A DNA stretch of 64,000 nt from an uncultured delta proteobacterium (GCA_963842215.1 CAWJFQ010000001.1:1297941-1361940); one strand, 5' to 3'. Counted from the first letter of the stretch, positions 26,906 to 37,019 are shown. Made by a program: numbers and translations. Notes: a model not told the origin generated them from the letters alone.

Positions 26906-26963
26906 CCGCGCAACCTTATTGAATGCGAAATCCGCTCGGGTTTCAGACTTCCTTGAGCAGCCG

Positions 26964-27569
26964 ATGACTCACGCATCGAAACTGCCGCGCGAATTCTATG
27001 CCCGGCCCGTTTTGACGGTCGCGCGCGAATGCATCGGCAAAGTCCTGGTGCATCGCACGGCCGAGGGCATAGCAGCCGGCCGGATAATCGAGACCGAGGC
27101 CTATCGCGGCCCTCTCGATCTCGCGGCGCATAGCTCGCGCGGACTGACCAAGCGAACTGCCGCAATGTACGGGCCGCCCGGCCACGCGTACGTGTACTTA
27201 CTATACGGAGTGAGTTGGGCGCTTAACCTGGTGACCACCGCCGACGGTGAACCTCATGCAGTATTGATTAGAGCGATAGAACCCCTAGTGGGTATTGATT
27301 TGATGGCGCGGCGCCGCCGCAAACCGCCAGATTCACGCGAACTGACTAATGGTCCCGGCAAATTGACTAATGCATTGGCTATTACCGGTGCTGACTACGG
27401 CCGCGACTTATGCGGCGGACGGCTGTATCTGAGATGTTCCGATCTTCCGGTCGGCAGGATTGGCCGCTCGCCAAGAATCAATGTCGATTACTCGGGTCAT
27501 TGGGCGTCGAAGCAGTGGCGCTTTTATGAACGCGGCAACCGCTATGTTTCGGTGAAACCGCGCGATTAG
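26964..27569 (+). CDS. mpg: DNA-3-methyladenine glycosylase (AAG/Mpg family)
   Basis: LPREFYARPVLTVARECIGKVLV, IIETEAYRGPLDLAAHS, GHAYVYLLYG. ATG 26964 is preferred over 26919. Confidence 0.85.
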   Translation: MTHASKLPREFYARPVLTVARECIGKVLVHRTAEGIAAGRIIETEAYRGPLDLAAHSSRGLTKRTAAMYGPPGHAYVYLLYGVSWALNLVTTADGEPHAVLIRAIEPLVGIDLMARRRRKPPDSRELTNGPGKLTNALAITGADYGRDLCGGRLYLRCSDLPVGRIGRSPRINVDYSGHWASKQWRFYERGNRYVSVKPRD

Positions 27570-29029
27570 CTGCCCGGAAGCGTGATGTTCGGTGCTGGAC
27601 GCGACACCACTGTCACGTCGTCGTAGCTGCCAACGACGACTGGATACTTCTGCCGAATCACCTCGATCTGACCGGGTCTAAACGTCGGCGCAACGATCGC
27701 TATTCGAGGTGGGTTGCGGACAGCCCGGTGCACATGGAGTCGGACCAACTTTACGTTGTCCCGCTCTGCCGCCGGAATGTAGTAGCTGACCAAGTAGTAC
27801 TCTCGATAAGCGCCGATGCGACGTTCCGAGCCGGCTTCGCGCAATGCTGTCTCACACGCATCGCGCCAGCGTGTGTCTCCCGGCCTAAACTCCGATGACA
27901 CTCGCAATATGCAGAGACTTACTATCGCAATAGTCGCAAGCGCCCGGTAATTTCGCGATTGCAAGGAATCAATACCTATTGCAGTGAGTATCAGCACTGG
28001 AACGAAAGAGGATATCAGGTAGCGTGTTACGAGCATCGGCGTAACCAGGTAAGAGCCGGCAAACAGCACACTTGCCGGTAGGCCGAGCCAGAGCATCAGC
28101 AGCACCGCCTCATCGCGATTTGAACGCCACAGCCGGACGCCGCCCACGATCGCGAACAACGCGAACAACGGAAACGGCAAACTGCCGAGACCGTTCTCGA
28201 ACGTGGCAAACGGCTCCCATCGATCCGGTGGCTTAATCCAGTTGTACTCGCCTCGACTGACGCCATGGACTCCATGCCGCAGACCCGGAAGGAAGGGCAG
28301 CAACAGTAACATCGCGGCGACCAGCGCGGCAGCCATCAGCCAGGGTGCCCCGCTTCGCACTCGTTCGCCGCTTCGCGACTCGAACAGATACAGGTAAACG
28401 AGCCAGAGCGCCTCAGCCGCGATCACCAGTATCGCGGTAAAATTGGAGGCCACTGACATTGTCGAAAAAATCGTGAGACCGCCGTAGTTCGCCAGTCCTC
28501 CGAGCCGTCGCGCGCGCAAGAGAAAAATGAATTGCGCGAGGATCCACGCCAGCGTCATCGAATACATTCTCGCCTGGCGCGCGATTTCGACCACAGGCAG
28601 CGCCACCGCGAACAGCAGCGCGCAAATAGCCGCCACCATGTAGATACGGCCCTCGTCGCTGTCGTCCGATCGGACCGGCTTCACAGTCAACATCGCTTCA
28701 ACGCCGAGGATGAACACCAGCACGATCGATAATGTGCCGATCAGCGCCGGCAAGGCGCGCAGGGCGGCTTCGCTTTCACCGAAAGCGCGCATCCATCCGT
28801 GTTGCGCGAATTCGTAAATCGGGAACTTGCCCGAGTCCAGCCGATGCTGAACCCGCACCACGTCCTTCAGCCTGCGGCCCGACGCCTCGGCCCACGAAAG
28901 CGACTCGTCAATCGACAACTCGCGCGCACCGAGCCGGAAGAACCGCAGACCTGTGCCGACGACGACCGAAATGAGGAGCACGGTACTGGCCGGTCCGCGC
29001 CAGCCGCCCGCCAGAGAGCGGCGCTCCAT
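27566..29029 (-). CDS. Glycosyltransferase family 39 (ArnT/PMT-like) membrane protein
   Basis: 487-aa polytopic protein. The N-terminal loop RFFRLGARELSIDESLSW resembles the first periplasmic loop of GT-C enzymes. 4-nt overlap with mpg on the opposite strand. Confidence 0.55.
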   Translation of the reverse strand: MERRSLAGGWRGPASTVLLISVVVGTGLRFFRLGARELSIDESLSWAEASGRRLKDVVRVQHRLDSGKFPIYEFAQHGWMRAFGESEAALRALPALIGTLSIVLVFILGVEAMLTVKPVRSDDSDEGRIYMVAAICALLFAVALPVVEIARQARMYSMTLAWILAQFIFLLRARRLGGLANYGGLTIFSTMSVASNFTAILVIAAEALWLVYLYLFESRSGERVRSGAPWLMAAALVAAMLLLLPFLPGLRHGVHGVSRGEYNWIKPPDRWEPFATFENGLGSLPFPLFALFAIVGGVRLWRSNRDEAVLLMLWLGLPASVLFAGSYLVTPMLVTRYLISSFVPVLILTAIGIDSLQSRNYRALATIAIVSLCILRVSSEFRPGDTRWRDACETALREAGSERRIGAYREYYLVSYYIPAAERDNVKLVRLHVHRAVRNPPRIAIVAPTFRPGQIEVIRQKYPVVVGSYDDVTVVSRPAPNITLPGS

Positions 29030-29105
29030 TAGATCTTTTAGAAAAGCTATATAAATTGACTCCAGGAAATTGCGCGACCCACCGTTTCGCGGTTTACTCC
29101 CCCTA

Positions 29106-29939
29106 ATGCCGACGCCCGGGTGCAGCCCCTTCCCGCTCGCAATAATAACCGACTTCGGCTATCGCGACCATTATGTCGGGACGATGAAGGGCGTCATCGC
29201 GTCGATCGCTCCGGGCGCGCCGGTCGTCGATATCACGCACGGCGTCCCCGCCCAGTCCGTGATGGCAGGCGCAATCGCGCTGCGCGAGTCCTGGCGATAT
29301 TTCCCGCCGCGCACGGTGTTCCTGGCGGTAGTCGATCCTGGAGTTGGCACGGCGCGAGCGCCGATCGCAATTGAGACTCGGGCGGGCGCCCGCTTTGTCG
29401 GACCCGACAATGGCCTGCTCTGGCTGGCCGCGAATGAGGCCGGCATCGTGAAAATCGTGAAACTGACTTCTTCCCGCCATCGTCTAACTGACGTGAGTGC
29501 TACCTTCCACGGTCGCGACATCTTCGCACCCGCGGCCGCGCATCTGTGGAATGGCACGCGGCTGTCCTCGCTTGGCCCCACGCTACGTTCGACTTCGATC
29601 GTCCAGCTCAAGCTGCCGCGACCGGTGGATTCGGCGCGCGAGGTCCGCGGCGAGATCATTTACGTCGACGGTTTCGGCAATCTCGTGAGCAATATTGATC
29701 GCGGCGCCGTCGAAAAGTTTGGCGTTCGCTTTCGCCACAAATGCCTTTCAGTTAGGATCGATCGTGGCGCAGCGATACGGTTACGTGACGCTTATGGCGA
29801 CGCGCCCAAAGGTGCTCCGCTCGCAATCTTCGGAAGTTTCGGCCTGCTCGAAGTCGCAATTCGCGACGGCAACGCTGCCGCGCACTTCGCTGCCGGACCG
29901 GGGTCGTCGGTTTCGCTAGCGGTCGCAGGCCGCAAATAA
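29106..29939 (+). CDS. SAM hydroxide adenosyltransferase / chlorinase-fluorinase family (DUF62)
   Basis: LAIITDFGYRDHYVGTMKGVIASI, FLAVVDPGVGT, FHGRDIFAPAAA. ATG 29106. Confidence 0.8.
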   Translation: MPTPGCSPFPLAIITDFGYRDHYVGTMKGVIASIAPGAPVVDITHGVPAQSVMAGAIALRESWRYFPPRTVFLAVVDPGVGTARAPIAIETRAGARFVGPDNGLLWLAANEAGIVKIVKLTSSRHRLTDVSATFHGRDIFAPAAAHLWNGTRLSSLGPTLRSTSIVQLKLPRPVDSAREVRGEIIYVDGFGNLVSNIDRGAVEKFGVRFRHKCLSVRIDRGAAIRLRDAYGDAPKGAPLAIFGSFGLLEVAIRDGNAAAHFAAGPGSSVSLAVAGRK

Positions 29940-29940
29940 G

Positions 29941-31029
29941 ATGGATGAAACAGTCACACACAAGGACGCACCCACCGTCCTAACCGATATTCCGCGCTAC
30001 ACGGCGCCGGCAGAACCGGCCCAAGGCGCATTAGCGCCGCCGCGGATTCCGCCGCTGAATGTCGCGCTGTTTTTGCTGACGCTGCTGACGACCACCACCG
30101 CCGGCGCGTACATGAACGGCGAGGAAGTCTCGATAGCTCATCCGTTGCTGGCAATCTCAGCACTCGGTTCAGGTCTGTCGTTCTCGATTCCGCTGATGAT
30201 AATTCTCTTCGCGCACGAGATGGGCCACTACTTGACGTCGCGTTATCACAACGTCGATTCTTCTCTGCCTTTCTTCATCCCGGCGCCGCCGTCGCTCTTC
30301 ATCATCGGAACTTTCGGCGCGTTCATCCGTCAGCGAGTCCCCGCGCGCACCCGCCGAGTGATGTTCGACATCGGCGCTGCCGGTCCGTGGGCAGGCGTGA
30401 TTCTCGCGATCCCCGCCGTCATCATCGGGCTCTACCTGTCCGACGTGACGCCGCTCGACAAATCCGCCGGCGGCCTCGAGCTAGGCAACTCGCTGTTGTT
30501 CCTCGGTCTCTCGCACCTGGTGCTGGGCGTCGATCCTTCCACCGTCAATGTGAATCTGAGTCCGATCGCGTTCGCCGGATGGCTCGGGTTGCTCGTCACC
30601 GCGCTGAACCTCCTGCCGATGGGACAGCTCGACGGCGGCCATGTGATCTACGCCCTCTTCCCGCGCCGCCATCGCACCATCTCGGTGCTGTTCGTCATTA
30701 CCTGCGTGCTGATGGTGCTGGTGCCGCTCGCGATCGGCATAACCTTCTGGTGGGGCTGGATGGTATGGGCGGTGCTGGCGCTCGCGCTCGGAGTGGGACA
30801 TCCATCGACCGTCGATCGCGACACTCCCCTGAATCCGCGCCGCGCATTGGCCGCATGGGCTACCGTCGTGCTGTTCATTGTGACGTTCAGCCCGGTGCCG
30901 CTCTCCTTCGTGCAACCCCAGCTTGATGTGCCGGTGCCTACACAGCCGAGCGATCACAGCCAGGAAATCATCCATCACCTGCCCCACTACGATGGGATGC
31001 TGCGCCAACTGGGACGCGCTAGAATCTGA
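29941..31029 (+). CDS. Site-2 protease family (peptidase M50) membrane metalloprotease
   Basis: HEMGHY (HExxH) and LPMGQLDGGHV in a polytopic protein. 362 aa. Confidence 0.8.
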   Translation: MDETVTHKDAPTVLTDIPRYTAPAEPAQGALAPPRIPPLNVALFLLTLLTTTTAGAYMNGEEVSIAHPLLAISALGSGLSFSIPLMIILFAHEMGHYLTSRYHNVDSSLPFFIPAPPSLFIIGTFGAFIRQRVPARTRRVMFDIGAAGPWAGVILAIPAVIIGLYLSDVTPLDKSAGGLELGNSLLFLGLSHLVLGVDPSTVNVNLSPIAFAGWLGLLVTALNLLPMGQLDGGHVIYALFPRRHRTISVLFVITCVLMVLVPLAIGITFWWGWMVWAVLALALGVGHPSTVDRDTPLNPRRALAAWATVVLFIVTFSPVPLSFVQPQLDVPVPTQPSDHSQEIIHHLPHYDGMLRQLGRARI

Positions 31030-31064
31030 GCCGCGCTTTATCCATCGAGACTGGGGGAACCGAA

Positions 31065-31574
31065 TTGACCGACGGCTCGACCATCAAGCCCAATCCGCAG
31101 ACCAAGCCTCACCGTCCGAGCTGGGACAACTACTTCATGACGATCACGCGCGAGGTCGCTGAACGCTCGACCTGCCTGCGCGCGCAGGTCGGCGCCGTCA
31201 TTGTTCGCGACCGCAGTATCCTCGCAACCGGCTACAACGGCTCGCCGGCCGGATTGCCGCATTGCACCGAGGTCGGATGCCTCATCTACGAGTCGCGCAC
31301 TCCCGACGGTGAAATCGAGCAGAACTGCTATCGCACCATCCACGCCGAGATCAACGCAATCTCGCAGGCGGCTCGCAACGGCGCCGCAATCCGCGACGCC
31401 GACATCTACGTCACCCACACCCCGTGCATCCACTGCCTGAAAGTACTCATCAACACCGGCGTCCGCACCGTGTACTACGCGCGCCCGTACAAGCTCCATA
31501 CGGTCGCCGAGATGCTCAAGGGCGCTACCATCAAGCTGGTCGAGGTGCCGGCCGAGGGTAGCGCTCGAGCATGA
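31065..31574 (+). CDS. dCMP deaminase (ComEB-type)
   Basis: WDNYFM, HAEINAI and PCIHCLK zinc motifs. TTG start. Confidence 0.85.
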   Translation: MTDGSTIKPNPQTKPHRPSWDNYFMTITREVAERSTCLRAQVGAVIVRDRSILATGYNGSPAGLPHCTEVGCLIYESRTPDGEIEQNCYRTIHAEINAISQAARNGAAIRDADIYVTHTPCIHCLKVLINTGVRTVYYARPYKLHTVAEMLKGATIKLVEVPAEGSARA

Positions 31575-32071
31575 CCGCCGACAGCTCCAACTCGTCCGTG
31601 AAATCGGCGTGCGGCATTTGCTCACTGATCGAACGGATCAAGGCGGGCACCTTCCGCGATTTTGTTGCGGAGCTCGAGAGCTGCTACGTGATTCTCGGCG
31701 ATCAGCAGTTCTATCGCGGCTACTGCGTGCTGTTCGCCAAGCTCCACGCGACGGAGCTGTACCTCATGCCGGCCGACGCCGCCCGCCTTCTCGGCGACGA
31801 GATGCGCCTGGTCGCCGAGGCCATCGCGACTGTCGTCAAGCCGTGGAAGATGAACTACGAATGCCTCGGCAATTCCGAACCGCACGTGCATTGGCATCTG
31901 CTGCCGCGGCAGGCAAACGAGCCTGAGGAAATGCGGCGCGGACCAATCTGGTTGCGCCCCGAGTCCGAACGAAAGGTACCGCTTGACGAAAATGACCGCC
32001 GCGCGCTCATCGCATCAATTCGCCGCCAGATTGCCATCCGTTTCCCCGACGCGCGCATCCCGACCGGCTGA
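31571..32071 (+). CDS. HIT family hydrolase
   Basis: HIT-like EPHVHWHLLPR. ATGA overlap with the upstream gene. Confidence 0.7.
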   Translation: MTADSSNSSVKSACGICSLIERIKAGTFRDFVAELESCYVILGDQQFYRGYCVLFAKLHATELYLMPADAARLLGDEMRLVAEAIATVVKPWKMNYECLGNSEPHVHWHLLPRQANEPEEMRRGPIWLRPESERKVPLDENDRRALIASIRRQIAIRFPDARIPTG

Positions 32072-32381
32072 CAATCCCGCGCCGCCGACAAGCTCGAAAT
32101 CTCCGCGCTCCGTTTTCACGCTGGCGCTGCTTGCGATTCTCATCGCCGGATGCAAACCGACCGGCCTCCCCGACGCGTCAAGTCCCAACGCGCAGGTTTA
32201 CGTCAACAAATGCGGCAATTGCCACGCGCCGTACAATCCTCACGAACTGACGGCCTCGATGTGGGAAACGCAAGTCACGATGATGGAAGTTAAAATGCAA
32301 GCCGCGGGCATGCCGCCGCTGACCTCCGATGAGCGAGCGTCAATCCTCGAATACCTCAAGCGCAACGCCGGCACCGAGTAG
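31992..32381 (+). CDS. Small monohaem c-type cytochrome lipoprotein (start uncertain)
   Basis: Lipobox LIAGC and a single CGNCH motif. No start codon exists downstream of the HIT stop in this frame. ATG 31992 or TTG 31983, both inside the HIT gene, are the only candidates. Confidence 0.5.
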   Translation: MTAARSSHQFAARLPSVSPTRASRPADNPAPPTSSKSPRSVFTLALLAILIAGCKPTGLPDASSPNAQVYVNKCGNCHAPYNPHELTASMWETQVTMMEVKMQAAGMPPLTSDERASILEYLKRNAGTE

Positions 32382-32480
32382 CAGGCAGTTGTTAAATTCC
32401 CGCGCCGCCTGCTAGAGCACCTGATGCCGCGCGTGCGTGGACTAGTCTCGCGAGTGCGATCGCGGCGAGGGAATTAACCG

Positions 32481-34010
32481 ATGGAGTACGACGATATTGT
32501 AGTTGGCGCAGGCTCGTCAGGTGCAGTACTGGCCGCGCGCTTGAGCGAAGATCCGGATCGCAACGTTCTGCTGCTGGAAGCTGGCCCCGATTACACTGCG
32601 GTCGAGCGAACTCCGCACGATTTGCTGAAGACCTGGATTTCCGCTGGACCGCATGATTGGCATCTGACCGCGAATGCAACGCCGAATCGCGAAATCACCT
32701 ATCCGCGCGGCAAGGTCACCGGTGGCAGCTCCGCCGTGAACGGCCATATCGCGCTGCGCGGCACGCCGGGTGACTTCGACGAGTGGGCAGCGTGGGGCAA
32801 TCGCGAGTGGAGCTTCGAGCAGGTGTTGCCGTTCCATCGCAAGCTCGAAGACGATCGCGACGCCCGCGGCGATTTTCACGGCGTCGATGGACCCATCTGG
32901 ATTCAGCGCCCGCGGCCCGAAACCTGGCAGCCGTTGAATCGCGCCTTCTTCGACGCCGCGCGCGCGGCCGGCTTCGCGGAAGTCTGGGACCACAACGATC
33001 CCGAGTCGACCGGCGTCGGCCCGTGGCCGCGCAACCGGCGCGAAGGCGTGCGTATCTCGACCGCCATCGGCTACCTGGCGCCCGCACGTCATCGGCTGAA
33101 TCTCACGATTCGGCCCGGTGTCAACGCGCATCGCGTCATTATCGAAAACGGCCGCGTGGTCGGGGTCGAAGTAGACACCGCCGGGACCGTCCAACAAGTG
33201 CGCGGCCGTCGCGTCACGCTGTCTGCCGGTGCGATCGCGTCGCCCGCCATCCTGATGCGCTCCGGTATCGGCCCGCGCGACGAGCTCGCTGCCCTCGGCA
33301 TCAGGTCCCAGGTGCATCTGCCGGGAGTCGGCAGCAACCTGATCGATCATCCGATGGCGTTTGTGGTCGCGACTCCGATTGCCGGAATCCCGCACGATCC
33401 GCAGGTCACCAATCCCGTCGGCATCCGCTACACTGCGTCAGGTTCCGACGAGTTCAATGACATGCAGATGTACATTCTCGAACTGTTCGATGCGAATCTC
33501 TCGCCCGGGCTGGCGCTCGACCTGCCCGTGCCGAGCGTCTCAGTAGTGCCGGGCCTGCAGCGCCCACGCTCGCGCGGACGGCTCCGTTTGCGCAGTGCCG
33601 ATGCCGACGTTCCGCCGCTCATCGATCTCAACTATCTCGACGATCCCGAGGATATGCGCCGGATGGTCGACGGCATGCGCATCGCCTGGCGCCTGACGCA
33701 TGAAGGTCCATTGGCGGCAATGCTCAAGGAGTTCGTCAACCTGACGCCCGAAGTAGTGAACTCCGACTCAGCGCTCAAAACTTTTCTGCGCGACAACTGC
33801 TCAACGATTTTTCATCCGGTTGGCACCGCGAAGATGGGCCCCGAGACCGATCCGATGGCGGTCGTCGATCAGCATTGCCGCGTGCGCGGATTAGAGGGCC
33901 TCCGAGTAGTCGACGCCTCGATAATGCCGAACATCGTCCGCGCCAACACCAACCTCACCTGCATAATGATAGGCGAACGCGTAGCCGACTGGATGCGCAA
34001 ATCAGACTGA
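32481..34010 (+). CDS. GMC family FAD oxidoreductase (choline dehydrogenase-like)
   Basis: YDDIVVGAGSSGAVLAARLSEDP, GGSSAVNG, HPVGTAKMG. 509 aa. Confidence 0.85.
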   Translation: MEYDDIVVGAGSSGAVLAARLSEDPDRNVLLLEAGPDYTAVERTPHDLLKTWISAGPHDWHLTANATPNREITYPRGKVTGGSSAVNGHIALRGTPGDFDEWAAWGNREWSFEQVLPFHRKLEDDRDARGDFHGVDGPIWIQRPRPETWQPLNRAFFDAARAAGFAEVWDHNDPESTGVGPWPRNRREGVRISTAIGYLAPARHRLNLTIRPGVNAHRVIIENGRVVGVEVDTAGTVQQVRGRRVTLSAGAIASPAILMRSGIGPRDELAALGIRSQVHLPGVGSNLIDHPMAFVVATPIAGIPHDPQVTNPVGIRYTASGSDEFNDMQMYILELFDANLSPGLALDLPVPSVSVVPGLQRPRSRGRLRLRSADADVPPLIDLNYLDDPEDMRRMVDGMRIAWRLTHEGPLAAMLKEFVNLTPEVVNSDSALKTFLRDNCSTIFHPVGTAKMGPETDPMAVVDQHCRVRGLEGLRVVDASIMPNIVRANTNLTCIMIGERVADWMRKSD

Positions 34011-34351
34011 GACAACCAAATGAAAATTATGATCGCGCCGGACTAAACTGAACTTCGGTGCGCTGCTGCCGAACTGAGACGGGAAAGTAGGAGAGGAGCC
34101 CGTCCTGTGCGTCGAGACCTGAACCACCATCCCTTGCCGACGAGATTGAAGTCTCCTGCAGCGCTTGACACCCGCGAGACTGGTCGGGAAATAATGGCGC
34201 CACGGCGCTGACCAGTCGCCGAGCTGTGGAACATCCGCCCCAGCCGGGGTTCCATTGGCGAAGGGGATTTGCCCTCACGGTCGTCGATGTCACAGGCCAT
34301 CTCTCGCACCGCGTCGCTGGGGGACGAAGGTGTCAAAGAGGAGGCTTGTCC

Positions 34352-35421
34352 ATGACCAAGCACGGCAGTTTCAAGAAAGTCGTCCGCCGCCACGCTGCAG
34401 GAAACGGGTCAGCGCTACACCCAAGCGCTCACCGACCTTGAAGGGCTCCAAGCCCGGATGTTTCACCAGCCCGCCGGTGAGCGTCTGGTCGCCCATCTCC
34501 GGGATCACTACGGCATCGACGCGGTCGCCGCGACGAAGGCCAGTCAGCACCATGACCACGTCTTTCGCGTTGACCGCCGCGACGGCGACCCGTGGATTGC
34601 GCGCGCGTTCTCGCCGGCCCGCCCGCGGGCCGGCGTCGAAGGCGATGCCGCGATCCTGCGGTTCCTCGAGCGGCACGACTACCCGGCGGAGCGGCTCGCG
34701 GCCGACGACGCGGTGTCGGCGTTCGACGACTCGACCGTCCTCGTCACCCGATTCGTCCCCGGCGGGCCGCTCCCCATGGCCGTCGGACACGAGGGCAGCG
34801 AGAAGTTCGCCATCATGGGTGACCTGCTCGGACGGCTGCATACCCTGCCGTTCGACGAGTCCGTCAGCCGCCCCGGTGGGGCGAGCGGGGATGATCCCAG
34901 CCGCGAGGGCAGCCCGCGTCAGGACCTCATGGCGGCCCTCGCGTTCCTCGATGCGGTCGACACGAAGGTCGCTCCGGCCGAGCGCGAGCGATTCGAGCGG
35001 CTCCGCGACCAGGTGCGCTCGGCCGACGACGGCCAGGGCCTGCCCGAGGCGTTGGTGCACGGCAACCTCCTCCACGCTCCGGATCACGTGATCCTGGGCG
35101 AGCAAGGGCCGGTGGCGATCAACTGGAAGGCGGCCGGGCAGCGGTCCGCGCCTGGCGGACTTTGCCTGGCTTATGTGGGGCACCTGGGGCAACGCGGACT
35201 GGATCAATCTGGCCGTAGGCGCGTACCGCCGGCACGTCGAGTTGACCGACGACGAGCTCGAGCGGCTCGAGGCGGTGATGTACATACGGCCCCTGTACCT
35301 GGGTTGCTTCAGCTACCGGCGTGACCTGGTCAACGGCCGCCCGCCCAAGGAAGTGTGGGGCTTCGTTAACCCCGAGCACATCGGCGCAATTGCAGCCGCG
35401 ACCCGAGCCGCCTGCCGCTGA
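34352..35421 (+). pseudogene. APH/choline-kinase-type phosphotransferase gene broken by two +1 frameshifts
   Basis: AGGAGG 7 nt upstream of ATG 34352 (MTKHGSFKKVVRRHA). It continues in the +1 frame as QETGQRYTQALTDLEGLQARMFHQPAGE..., which is ORF 34458..35324 and contains LVHGNLLHAPDHVIL and VAINW. It shifts +1 again to GSGPRLADFAWLMWGTWGN..., which is ORF 35173..35421. All six frames are open here, which indicates very high GC. Confidence 0.6.
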
Positions 35422-35567
35422 TCGCTGCTCCGTCGGAGTGCGAAAAAACGCTGAGAGACGACCTCCCGGTCTGTCGACTTCTCTGTCTCCTCCACTTCTC
35501 GACTGGAAACGGGCAGAGGTTGGTTTGGATTAGGTAGTTCTCCTTTTTGTCTGCTAAATGCTTTTCC

Positions 35568-36179
35568 ATGGCCGACGAACTGCTGACCATCAAGCTTTAC
35601 TACGACTACAAAAGTCCGTTCGCGTATCTTGCGATGCACCCCGCGTACGCCCTGATGGAATCGCATCGCGTCCGCTTGCATTACATTCCGCACGAGCTCG
35701 ACGTTCGCGGCGCCTTCGGCGGCGAACTCGAGGAACGTCCCGAGCGCGAATGGCGCAAAGTCCGCTACCTCTATCTCGACGCCCGCCGCTACGCGAACGC
35801 GCGCGGCATGATCATCCGTGGACCGCAAAAAATCTTCGATTCTAAGCTGTCGCTGATGTCCGGACTGTTTGCGGACAAGCACGGCCGCTTCCGTCCCTAC
35901 TCTGACCGCGTCTTCGAGCGCTTCTTCAAGCGCGAGCTCGATATTGAGAATTTCTCCGCGCTTGCCGGCGTGATGAAGGAAGCGGGCCTCGACGCCGAGG
36001 CATTCGAGCGGTACGTCGCGCACGACGGACCTCGCGAACTGTCAGAGGCTTTCGCCGCCGGCGCTCGCGACGGCGTCTTCGGGGTGCCGACTTTCATCGT
36101 CGACGGCGAACCATTCTGGGGCAACGATCGCGTCGAATGGATCGTCAAAAAACTCGACTCAATGGGCTTGCGGAGGTAG
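35568..36179 (+). CDS. 2-hydroxychromene-2-carboxylate isomerase family (DsbA-like / kappa-GST-like), second copy
   Basis: LTIKLYYDYKSPFAYLA and GVFGVPTFIVDGEPFWGNDRVEWIVKKL. ATG 35568 is preferred over TTG 35547. Confidence 0.75.
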   Translation: MADELLTIKLYYDYKSPFAYLAMHPAYALMESHRVRLHYIPHELDVRGAFGGELEERPEREWRKVRYLYLDARRYANARGMIIRGPQKIFDSKLSLMSGLFADKHGRFRPYSDRVFERFFKRELDIENFSALAGVMKEAGLDAEAFERYVAHDGPRELSEAFAAGARDGVFGVPTFIVDGEPFWGNDRVEWIVKKLDSMGLRR

Positions 36180-36182
36180 ACG

Positions 36183-36605
36183 ATGACTGAGTACCAATTC
36201 TATTCGCTGATCACCGTCATTTTGTTTTTCAAGATGTTCGCGAACTCGCTGGTGCAGGGCCGCGCCCGAACCGGCACAAAAACCTTCGTAACCCCGGAAG
36301 ACGCACAGTTCTTTGGAGCGGCAGCGCCCGCCGCAGATGAATTGCCGATCGTCAAGCGCGCGGCCGCATGCTGGCGCAACGACCTCGAGAACATTCCGAT
36401 CTTCCTGTTTCTCGGGATGATTTACGTCACACTCGGATGCTGGCCGGCGGGTGCGTTCATCTACTTCACTATCTTCGCCGTCGCCCGAATTCTCCACACG
36501 GTCGTGTATCTGCGCGGCCTGCAACCAGCACGGACGATTTTTTACGCCATCGGTCTGATAATCTGTTTCATACTTTCCATCCACATTCTGATCGCGGTCC
36601 TATAG
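36183..36605 (+). CDS. MAPEG family protein (MGST1-like membrane glutathione transferase)
   Basis: RAAACWRNDLENIPIFLFLGMIYV and FAVARILHTVVYLRGLQPARTIFYAIG parallel the MGST1 motifs RRAHLNDLENIIPFL and GARIYHTIAYL...QPNR. 140 aa with 4 hydrophobic helices. Confidence 0.8.
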   Translation: MTEYQFYSLITVILFFKMFANSLVQGRARTGTKTFVTPEDAQFFGAAAPAADELPIVKRAAACWRNDLENIPIFLFLGMIYVTLGCWPAGAFIYFTIFAVARILHTVVYLRGLQPARTIFYAIGLIICFILSIHILIAVL

Positions 36606-36607
36606 CA

Positions 36608-37003
36608 ATGAAACCAATTCCAATCGGCGCCAAAGGAAGCTATTCGAGAGTCGTCGCCGCCGCTGACCTCGCGAGCCACCTGGACCCGTCGCTCGCGGCC
36701 GTCTTGTCCACGCCCACGATGGTCGCGATGATGGAGCAGGCTGCCATCGAGGCTATCAAGCCGTTCCTTGACGCGGGCGAAAGTTCGGTCGGCATGTCGA
36801 TCGAAGTAAGTCACACCGCCGCTACGCCGCCCGGTCATCGCGCTCGCGCCGAAGCCGAACTCACTAAAGTCGAAGGACGCCGTCTCGAGTTCGCCGTCCG
36901 TGCTTTCGACGACGTCGAGCAGATTGGCTCCGGGAGCCATCGACGCGCCGTCATCGACGCCGCCAAGTTCAACGAGCGAATCAAGACCAAGCAGAAACAT
37001 TAG
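36608..37003 (+). CDS. Hot-dog fold thioesterase (FlK-like family)
   Basis: ORF 36368..37003 trimmed to ATG 36608. STPTMVAMMEQAAIEAIKPFLDAGESSVGMSIEVSHTAATPPG, GRRLEFAVRAFD, IGSGSHRRAVI. Confidence 0.65.
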   Translation: MKPIPIGAKGSYSRVVAAADLASHLDPSLAAVLSTPTMVAMMEQAAIEAIKPFLDAGESSVGMSIEVSHTAATPPGHRARAEAELTKVEGRRLEFAVRAFDDVEQIGSGSHRRAVIDAAKFNERIKTKQKH

Positions 37004-37019
37004 CGCGCACAGACGCACG

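Noticed and set aside
34371-35285. Long antisense or alternative-frame ORFs. Examples: 34371..35285 (-), 34255..35091 (+), 35313..36023 (-), 368..1003 (+), 1142..1753 (+), 32517..33395 (-), 38831..40060 (+), 39553..40494 (+), 43960..44427 (+).
   Set aside because: They lie opposite to, or out of frame with, genes that carry clear family motifs. Their products are Arg/Pro/Gly/Ala-rich with no motifs. Such open shadows are expected at this GC content.
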